Positions 9,135 to 15,590 of a DNA stretch of 24,057 nt are shown piece after piece. Source of the stretch: Candidatus Zixiibacteriota bacterium (GTDB taxonomy: Bacteria > Zixibacteria > MSB-5A5 > GN15 > FEB-12); contig JBGSIV010000119.1 of NCBI GenBank assembly GCA_041742355.1, positions 1 to 24,057 of the forward strand, written 5' to 3'. The translations under genes and the position numbers were made by a program. Position 1 is the first letter of the stretch, and every line of letters starts with the position of its first letter. The notes beneath the pieces were generated by a model that saw only the letters and a program-made list of their open reading frames with translations, ran no database searches and had not been told where the DNA came from.

Positions 9135-9220
9135 TGTTATTTCCCGGCGGTGTGTTTTTCTTTAGCCGAAATGTGCAGGATGCAATCTTCATTGGCAACA
9201 GCATAATGATGGAGGACAGG

Positions 9221-10300
9221 GTGAAGCGAATCGCGGTGGTGCTGGCCGGACTGGTGGTACTCTCAGGATGTGTGAAGGAAGTGGAGCGGGATTTCGCCCG
9301 AAAGACCGGGGCCGACACGACAATCGTTTACGGGACGCATTTTAAGGGGGAGCGGCACCTCGATAACATCCGTCAGTTGACCTTCGGCGGCCAGAACGCC
9401 GAGGCGTACTTCAGCGCCGATGCTTCGCGGTTGGCGTTCCAGTCGATGCGGGACGACATGGCCTGCGACCAGATATTCACCATGAACGCCGACGGTTCCG
9501 ACGTGCGTATGGTGTCGACCGGAAAGGGCGCCACGACCTGTTCCTTCCTCTCCCCCGGCGGCGAGTACATCATCTATGCATCCACCCATCTGGCCGGGGA
9601 CAGCTGTCCGTCGAAGCCCGATATGTCACAGGGGTATGTGTGGGCGCTATATGATTCTTACGACATATTTCGGGCGAATCCGGACGGCAGCGAGCTGACA
9701 CGCCTGACTGAAACACCCGGGTATGACGCCGAAGCGGTGTTTTCACCGGGCGGCGACCGGATTATTTTCACTTCGGTGCGGACGGGAGATCTCGAGCTGT
9801 TCATGATGGACGCCGACGGGAGCAATGTGGAGCAGATCACCAACTGGCCGGGATATGACGGCGGAGCGTTCTTCTCGCTCGACGGTGAGTGGATTGTCTG
9901 GCGGGCGTCACGGCCGGAAGGAGAGGAACTGAGCGACTACCAGCGGCTGTTGTCGCAGGGATTGATCCGCCCGCGTAAGCTGGATATCTACGTGATGAAC
10001 CTGCAGGAGCGAGTTCCGGTCCGGCTGACGGACAACGGAGCGGCCAATTTCGCGCCGTACTTCCATCCCGACGGCCGCCGGATCATCTTCAGTTCCAACC
10101 TCGGGGATCCGGGTGGGCGGAATTTCGATCTGTACATAGTGGACCGCGAGACGAAGAAAATCGAGCGGATCACGTACAATGAGTCTTTCGACGGCTTCCC
10201 GATGTTTTCCTACGATGGCCGCAGGCTCGTGTTCTGCTCGAATCGCGACGGTTCTGTCCCGGGCGAGACGAACGTATTCATCGCCGACTGGGTCGAGTAA
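9221..10300 (+). CDS. TolB-like PD40/WD40-like beta-propeller lipoprotein
   Basis: GGAGG RBS then GTG 9221, giving MKRIAVVLAGLVVLSG-C (lipobox). About six PD40-type blades: AEAYFSADASRLAF, SFLSPGGEYIIY, AEAVFSPGGDRIIF, GAFFSLDGEWIVW, APYFHPDGRRIIF, FPMFSYDGRRLVF. No TolB N-domain is evident. Confidence 0.88.
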   Translation: MKRIAVVLAGLVVLSGCVKEVERDFARKTGADTTIVYGTHFKGERHLDNIRQLTFGGQNAEAYFSADASRLAFQSMRDDMACDQIFTMNADGSDVRMVSTGKGATTCSFLSPGGEYIIYASTHLAGDSCPSKPDMSQGYVWALYDSYDIFRANPDGSELTRLTETPGYDAEAVFSPGGDRIIFTSVRTGDLELFMMDADGSNVEQITNWPGYDGGAFFSLDGEWIVWRASRPEGEELSDYQRLLSQGLIRPRKLDIYVMNLQERVPVRLTDNGAANFAPYFHPDGRRIIFSSNLGDPGGRNFDLYIVDRETKKIERITYNESFDGFPMFSYDGRRLVFCSNRDGSVPGETNVFIADWVE

Positions 10301-10334
10301 CACGCCGCGCACTGGTCGTCACGGAGAAGTTCGA

Positions 10335-10369
10335 GGGCGCTGACCCGTGGGGCGGCGCCCGTTGTTTTT
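10335..10369 (+). terminator. Intrinsic terminator between convergent genes
   Basis: Stem GGGCGCTG (10335-10342) / CGGCGCCC (10353-10360) followed by GTTGTTTTT. Confidence 0.6.
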
Positions 10370-10374
10370 GCCCC

Positions 10375-12342
10375 TCAGGGCTCCGGGGAGGTTCGCGTAA
10401 GGATAGTCCCTCCTTCGCCGACAATCCATCCGGCACCCGGGCCGGTGGTATAGACTCCCAACAGAGCAACCGTGGTGGGGGAGCGCTCGAGACACCAGGA
10501 GAGACCGCCGTCGGTGGTCGTGATAATCGTGCCGCCGGCGCCAACGGCGGCGCCGTTCGTGTCATCGCTAAAGTGTACGGCGACCAGATCGTTACGGGTA
10601 GGCGACGCAAGTTCCTGCCAGGAGGTTCCTCCGTCTGTTGTCTTCCAGACAGCCCCTTGCGTCCCGACCGCGTAGCCGATGTCCGGGCTGACGTAGTCGA
10701 GGCCATTAAGCGCTGCCAGAAGGGTGTCGGCGGCATGACTCTCCCAGACCAAGCCGTCACCGGTGCGCATGACCGCACCTCCGGCGCCAACCGTAAGGCC
10801 CGCCAGAGGATCGACGAAATCGATGCTCGCAAAACTGGCGGGAATCGGAACCGGTTGCACTTCCCAGCTCTCTCCCCCATCGACCGTCTTGAGAACAGCC
10901 CCGAATCCGCAGGTGTAGCCGGTCAGCAGATCGACGAACGCGACGTCCTCCGCCCACGGCAGGGCCGAAAAGGTGAAAGTCTCCCAGGAGTCGCCGCCAT
11001 CGGAAGTGCGAATGACGATGAGGGAGAAGGGATGGTTTCCGGTGCGGCCCACAGTCCATCCGTGGAGCGGATCAACAAAGTCGACAGCGCTCAACCAGAC
11101 GGTGGGGCTGTAGCCGGACCCCTGGCGCAGCAGCCGCCAGACCGCGCCGCCATCAGTGGTGCGCAGGATTGTGCCGTTGTAACCGACGGCGAAGCCAAGT
11201 GTGTCGTCGAGAAACTCGATACCGGTGAGCGTAGCGGTCAGCACAGATCCGGAGGTGAGCCGCTCCCACTTCTGGCCACCGCCGACTGACCGAAGGATCG
11301 TGAAGCTCCCGAAAGCCCAGTAGGAGCCACTTGGAGGGATGGCCGCGCAGTAGAGGTCGAGACTAATATCGGAAGGTATGCCGGTCCAATCCAGGCCACT
11401 GTTGTCGGTGATGAGCTTGACACCACCAAGCCCGACGATTACGCCGTGGTCGCCGCGAAAAGCGATCGCGGTGAGATCGGCCGAAGTGCCGCCGGGCACC
11501 TGCCCCCAGGATAAACCGGCGTCGGCGGAGGCAATGATGGCTCCCTCCTTCCCAACCGCCCAGAGGGTTCCATCGCCGTCAGACGCAACAGCCAGCAGAT
11601 CGGCGCCGACTGGAGACGGGATAGTCTCGACGGAGGACCAGAGGGTATCGATCGCGTGGTAGGTGGTGTCGGTGACAAGCGGGTCGCGCGACAGAGTGTC
11701 GACGGCTATTCGCTCGACAATGCGGTCGTATCCTGAGAATCGAGAGACAAGGCCGCCCTCGCCGACAGCAACAGCAATCGTGTCCATCGCGATGACATCA
11801 TGCCAGGCTCCCGCGGAACTCGACGCCAGGGTGTCCCACCGGAGGCCGCCGTCGAGCGTAACGTAACTGACGCCGTCGGCACCAACCACAATCGCTTTGC
11901 GGGGAGTCACCGCAGTGACGCCAAAGAGTGTAAGGGCGGTCGGTGCGAAGAGAGGGGACTGCCAGATTCGGCCGCCGTCAATGGTCCGTCGAATGGTGCC
12001 GCCCTCGCCGACCGCCCAGCCGCAGCGGCTGTCGGCAAAGTCTATATCAAGGAGTGTCCGTGAGGTGCCGCTGTAGTCCGGGGTCCAGGTGCCGCCGGCA
12101 TCGGTAGTGTGGAGGATTGCCCCATCGCTGCCGGCCAGCCAAGCTGTATCTGTGGAGTGAAAGTCGACGCCGCGGAAGTCGTGGCCCTCGAGATCCAGCG
12201 AGACCATAGCCCATTCGGAAGAGACAATGTCGGTCGGAGAGCTTTCACTGCACCCGATGAGGAGTGGCATTAGCGGCAAGGCAGCCAAAGACACTGCCAG
12301 ATATATGATGAGGGAACCGGGTCGGCGACGGCAGCGGTACAT
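10375..12342 (-). CDS. YCF48-related / BNR (Asp-box) repeat beta-propeller lipoprotein
   Basis: Many repeats of GWAVGxxGTIxxTxDGGxxW. The start is moved to ATG 12342 (GGGGAG RBS), giving MYRCRRRPGSLIIYLAVSLAALPLMPLLIG-C with a lipobox. The length fits two propellers. Confidence 0.88.
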   Translation of the reverse strand: MYRCRRRPGSLIIYLAVSLAALPLMPLLIGCSESSPTDIVSSEWAMVSLDLEGHDFRGVDFHSTDTAWLAGSDGAILHTTDAGGTWTPDYSGTSRTLLDIDFADSRCGWAVGEGGTIRRTIDGGRIWQSPLFAPTALTLFGVTAVTPRKAIVVGADGVSYVTLDGGLRWDTLASSSAGAWHDVIAMDTIAVAVGEGGLVSRFSGYDRIVERIAVDTLSRDPLVTDTTYHAIDTLWSSVETIPSPVGADLLAVASDGDGTLWAVGKEGAIIASADAGLSWGQVPGGTSADLTAIAFRGDHGVIVGLGGVKLITDNSGLDWTGIPSDISLDLYCAAIPPSGSYWAFGSFTILRSVGGGQKWERLTSGSVLTATLTGIEFLDDTLGFAVGYNGTILRTTDGGAVWRLLRQGSGYSPTVWLSAVDFVDPLHGWTVGRTGNHPFSLIVIRTSDGGDSWETFTFSALPWAEDVAFVDLLTGYTCGFGAVLKTVDGGESWEVQPVPIPASFASIDFVDPLAGLTVGAGGAVMRTGDGLVWESHAADTLLAALNGLDYVSPDIGYAVGTQGAVWKTTDGGTSWQELASPTRNDLVAVHFSDDTNGAAVGAGGTIITTTDGGLSWCLERSPTTVALLGVYTTGPGAGWIVGEGGTILTRTSPEP

Positions 12343-12380
12343 AGGACGCTCTCCCCTGTTGATCGAGCGATCTTTCGAGT

Positions 12381-12410
12381 AACCTACGGGGGGGTGGGGA
12401 TACCTGTCAA
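12381..12410 (-). promoter_or_regulatory. Sigma70-type promoter for the YCF48-like gene
   Basis: Minus strand TTGACA-N18-TAGGTT, 38 nt before ATG 12342. The spacer contains a C7 run. Confidence 0.55.
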
Positions 12411-12478
12411 CGGGATTCCCCGGCGCGACCACGGTCGCGCTCCACAGCACAGACGGATGGGCGTGGCTGAATGGCCAT

Positions 12479-12505
12479 AAAAAAACGCCGACCACCTGGT
12501 CGGCG
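12479..12505 (-). terminator. Intrinsic terminator after the 69-aa small gene
   Basis: Minus strand CGCCGACC-AGGT-GGTCGGCG followed by TTTTTTT, 33 nt after the stop at 12539. Confidence 0.8.
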
Positions 12506-12538
12506 CTGAAGTCATGGGTCTATCGTCCGTGATACCGG

Positions 12539-12748
12539 CTACTCCGGCACCCGTTCTCCCGAATCGGCGGAATCAAGCATTTCCTCCAGTTCGATTTCGG
12601 TCAGTTCTTCGAGCTGGCGTTTCCGACTGCTGCGTCGGCTGCCGAGTTGGGCGCCGCCGCCGTCCGGATCGTCGATGAACTGGCCGCGGCGTCCGTTCGC
12701 TTTGCCGCGGGGCGTAGACTTCTTGCTGCGCTGCCAGTGGTCGCGCAT
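12539..12748 (-). CDS. Small hypothetical protein (69 aa; basic N-terminal two-thirds, acidic C-terminus)
   Basis: GGAGGA RBS 4 nt before ATG 12748. Sequence: MRDHWQRSKKSTPRGKANGRRGQFIDDPDGGGAQLGSRRSSRKRQLEELTEIELEEMLDSADSGERVPE. It has its own terminator and an upstream promoter motif. Confidence 0.7.
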   Translation of the reverse strand: MRDHWQRSKKSTPRGKANGRRGQFIDDPDGGGAQLGSRRSSRKRQLEELTEIELEEMLDSADSGERVPE

Positions 12749-12799
12749 GGGATCCTCCGAGAAGCTTTGCTTTTGGTCGGTGTGCATAGTCGTTAAGTA

Positions 12800-12827
12800 G
12801 TATCGGCAGAGAATGACGAGGACTTCT
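12800..12827 (-). promoter_or_regulatory. Sigma28-type promoter candidate for the small gene
   Basis: Minus strand AGAA-N16-GCCGATAC (-10 matches GCCGATAA 7/8; -35 weak), 51 nt before ATG 12748. Confidence 0.5.
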
Positions 12828-13030
12828 GTCCAACCTTTGCGCGACATGCGGTGGCATGAGTATGAGCGCAGGCGCCTGCACAAACAGCTGGTTCGGCAGC
12901 GCAGTGCAACGTGTCGACGGGTCGGGTGCAGTGGATTGCACCTGTGCAGCGACGGCACAGCCGCCCGAAAGTCCTTGTGAGAGAATGGAGTAGGGGGCGT
13001 GAGTCGACGAGCGCACGTTCCGGGCTGAAA

Positions 13031-13046
13031 CGGCACGGACTTCGCT
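13031..13046 (+). promoter_or_regulatory. Sigma54 (RpoN) -24/-12 promoter candidate
   Basis: CGGCACGGACTTCGCT versus TGGCACGRNNNTTGCW. The GG-N10-GC spacing is exact, and it lies 37 nt before ATG 13084. Confidence 0.6.
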
Positions 13047-13083
13047 CTATGGGTCGCCAGATGCGATTGACGAAGGAGGCAGC

Positions 13084-13704
13084 ATGTTAGACAGCAGATT
13101 CCACCGAGGCTTTTCGACTGAGCGACTGTCGACGACACAGGAACCGCGGGTTCGCAAGGACGACCGGGGGTTTTTCCTGATGTCGCTGTCGGAGAATACC
13201 AAAGTGTACTTCGAAGACTACTACCGCTTCCTCGAGAAGACCTACGCCAAGGCGAAGGCAGAGCGCTCCCGCCTGGATGAGAAGCTGTTTACCACGCCCG
13301 CCGACTGCTCCGAAACAATCGCTTTTTACCGCGCCCGCGGGGTCATTGTCGACCTGCTGATGCAGACGATCGTCCGGTTCTATACCGACGGCGGCAACCT
13401 CGGGGTGATCATGACCCCGTGGTGCTTCGGGACAGTGGTCCTGGAAAAGCTGGAGGTCTACCGCGACCGCATCGCCAAGGGGGAGGTCGACGACGCCAAT
13501 ATTCCCGACTATCCGTACTACACCTTACGTTACCTTGACGAGATTCACAAGGCCACCCTGCTGGAGCTCTTCGACTTCCCGGAGAAGGCGTTCCAGATGC
13601 GCTGGCAGTACTCGGAGCTGCTCAAGCGGTACAGCAAAATTCTCAGCGACATCACGACATCCCTCAATTCGGTGCTCGGTACGATCAAAAATTATGGTTC
13701 GTGA
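13084..13704 (+). CDS. Hypothetical protein (206 aa, probably cytoplasmic and mostly helical)
   Basis: Strong AAGGAGG RBS, host-like codon usage and a downstream terminator. No signal peptide and no recognisable domain. Confidence 0.85.
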   Translation: MLDSRFHRGFSTERLSTTQEPRVRKDDRGFFLMSLSENTKVYFEDYYRFLEKTYAKAKAERSRLDEKLFTTPADCSETIAFYRARGVIVDLLMQTIVRFYTDGGNLGVIMTPWCFGTVVLEKLEVYRDRIAKGEVDDANIPDYPYYTLRYLDEIHKATLLELFDFPEKAFQMRWQYSELLKRYSKILSDITTSLNSVLGTIKNYGS

Positions 13705-13742
13705 TTAGCGGACCATGTTTTCTCATGCATCCCTCCTACGGT

Positions 13743-13774
13743 ACCCTCCGGCCTCTCACCGGAGGGTTTTTTTT
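13743..13774 (+). terminator. Intrinsic terminator
   Basis: ACCCTCCGG-CCTCTCA-CCGGAGGGT running into a T8 tract. Confidence 0.9.
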
Positions 13775-13801
13775 AAGGCTGTCGTACTGACCTGCCGATA
13801 A
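13774..13801 (+). promoter_or_regulatory. Sigma28 (FliA/SigD)-type promoter for the HD-GYP gene
   Basis: TAAG-N16-GCCGATAA: perfect -10 and 3/4 -35. It sits immediately after the terminator, 67 nt before ATG 13869. Confidence 0.7.
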
Positions 13802-13868
13802 TCCTACTGAACCCAGGCCGCGGTGCGGCCGTGGAATCGTTTACCAGCCAAGGAGAAACGCGTTCCCG

Positions 13869-14849
13869 ATGGTCCCGATTCAGACAAAGACCGCGACGAT
13901 TACGCAGTATCTTCCTATCCTGCTTGATTCGCTCCGGGTGGACTCTATCCTTGATTTCGACCTATTCCTGACGGTCAACGGGAAGATGGTGTTGTACCGG
14001 TCAGCCGACCTTCCGTTCAACGACCGGACGCGCCAGAACCTGCTGGAGAACAAAGTCGATCGGCTGTTCATCACCGACGAAAACAGGCACCGCTACCAGC
14101 GCTATATCGAGCGGAACCTGGCGAAGATCCTCATCGACCCGGGGATTCGGGAGGAAAAAAAGGCCAGCATCCTCTACTCCACCTCGACCAACCTGGTGAA
14201 GGATGTACTGGCCAATCCGACCTACGGGGAGAACATCCAGCGGTCAAAGGACCTCGTCACCACGACAATCGACTTCATCCTGCAGGGGAAAGAGGCGTTC
14301 CACACGCTGCTCAAAATCACATCATTCGATTACTATACCTATACGCACTCGGTAAACGTCTGCACGTTCTCCCTCGCGCTGGCGCAGCAGCTTGGCTACA
14401 ACGACGAGCGGTTTCTCAATGAACTGGGGGTGGGGGCGCTCCTGCACGATGTCGGCAAGTCGCGGGTGTCGGAGCGGATCTTGAACAAGCGGGCTCCCTT
14501 GAATCCGACGGAATTCGAGATCATGAAGAAGCACCCGCAGTGGGGCGCCGATATCCTGAAAGAGACCGACCAGATCGAATCAAGCTGCTACTACCCGGTG
14601 CTGCAGCACCACGAGCGGGGAGAACGCCGGGGGTACCCGAGCGGGCTGGATCTGCACGAGATGCACGTTTACTCGCAGATCGTGGCGATCGCCGACTCAT
14701 TCGACGCCATGACGACTGAGCGGGTGTACCAGAGGGCCATCGAGACCTTCCCTGCGCTCAAAATCATGTTCTCCCTTAAAGGGGCCTACCGGGGTGATTT
14801 CCTCAAGGCGTTTGTCGATCTGATGGGCCCTACGGGGCTGGCGGACTAG
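13869..14849 (+). CDS. HD-GYP domain cyclic-dinucleotide phosphodiesterase
   Basis: Motifs DYYTYTHSVNV, GALLHDVGK, ILNK..L...EFEIMKKHP, QHHERGERRGYP and IVAIADSFDAMTTERVYQ. AAGGAG lies upstream. Confidence 0.93.
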   Translation: MVPIQTKTATITQYLPILLDSLRVDSILDFDLFLTVNGKMVLYRSADLPFNDRTRQNLLENKVDRLFITDENRHRYQRYIERNLAKILIDPGIREEKKASILYSTSTNLVKDVLANPTYGENIQRSKDLVTTTIDFILQGKEAFHTLLKITSFDYYTYTHSVNVCTFSLALAQQLGYNDERFLNELGVGALLHDVGKSRVSERILNKRAPLNPTEFEIMKKHPQWGADILKETDQIESSCYYPVLQHHERGERRGYPSGLDLHEMHVYSQIVAIADSFDAMTTERVYQRAIETFPALKIMFSLKGAYRGDFLKAFVDLMGPTGLAD

Positions 14850-14860
14850 GAGACAAAGAT

Positions 14861-15154
14861 ATGCACCGTCGACGCCGGGTATACGATCGACGCATTTGGA
14901 CGGGAACGCTGGTCGCGGCGTTGCTGACGACGTTTATCGTTATGGCGGCACTCCTCGCGCCGGAGGCGACGGGGTGGCTCGGATTCGCCGGCGCGCCGGT
15001 CTACGCCCTCGGCGTGATGTTCAACCTGGCGCGCGACGGCGGGATGTCGAACATGACCAGCGGCTACCACTCGCGCCGGATCTACTTCGCACTCCTCGCC
15101 CTCTGCTGCATCGGGTGGGGGCTAGTGGCGTACCTGGTGCTGGCCGGTCGTTGA
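14861..15154 (+). CDS. Small membrane protein (97 aa, about 3 TM segments)
   Basis: AGGAG RBS overlaps the HD-GYP stop. Basic N-terminus followed by three hydrophobic stretches. Probably co-transcribed with the HD-GYP gene. Confidence 0.6.
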   Translation: MHRRRRVYDRRIWTGTLVAALLTTFIVMAALLAPEATGWLGFAGAPVYALGVMFNLARDGGMSNMTSGYHSRRIYFALLALCCIGWGLVAYLVLAGR

Positions 15155-15197
15155 CCGGAGCCGTTCGACTCCTCCCGGGATACTACTCTCCTGACCC

Positions 15198-15482
15198 TCA
15201 CTTCAACAGCTGCGAAAACTCCTCGTACGGAATCACCGGCCAGGTCTCAGTGTCGAGCACGCCCAGAGCGTTGATCTGGGTGGCTACCTTGAACGCCACC
15301 GTCTGGTCGGCACAGTCGAAAATGGCGACGTAGTCGTAGCGGCCGAGCGTGGCGTACAGGTCTTTCACCTTGACTTTGTTCTCGTGGAAGATCTCGAGCG
15401 AGGTGTTGATGTCGTGCGAGAGGCCGGGGTGCGTCTTCTTGGCGGCCGAGTTGATGCTCATGGCCATGATAAACGTCGGCAT
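15198..15482 (-). CDS. GYD domain protein (small ferredoxin-like alpha/beta fold)
   Basis: 94 aa from ATG 15482 (GAGGAGG RBS). VKVKDLYATLGRYDYVAIFDCAD...GVLDTETWP matches the GYD family pattern. Confidence 0.85.
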   Translation of the reverse strand: MPTFIMAMSINSAAKKTHPGLSHDINTSLEIFHENKVKVKDLYATLGRYDYVAIFDCADQTVAFKVATQINALGVLDTETWPVIPYEEFSQLLK

Positions 15483-15550
15483 AGATCCCTCCTCTGGTTT
15501 GAATTGCGGCATCCTGACAGTACCAATACAGATGCCCCTGCACCACTATT

Positions 15551-15579
15551 AGCATACCACCTGCCGTCGGTCCACGCAA
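15551..15579 (-). promoter_or_regulatory. Sigma70-type promoter with extended -10 for the GYD gene
   Basis: Minus strand TTGCGT-N17-TATGCT with TGn directly before the -10. Confidence 0.55.
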
Positions 15580-15590
15580 CAGCATTCGTG

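Noticed and set aside
9221..10300. Calling the PD40 protein tolB of a Tol-Pal operon
   Set aside because: It is a propeller-only lipoprotein, with no TolB N-domain and no tolQRA or pal neighbours.
12950..13020. c-di-GMP-I (GEMM) riboswitch suggested by GGCACAGCCGCCCGAAA
   Set aside because: The bases after GAAA do not pair back to close the tetraloop stem, and the GACGCAAA junction is absent.
12749..13138. N-terminal extension of ORF 12539-13138 and ORF 12573-13016
   Set aside because: They cross promoter elements and, for the first, the start of the opposite gene, and have non-protein-like composition. The RBS supports a start at 12748.
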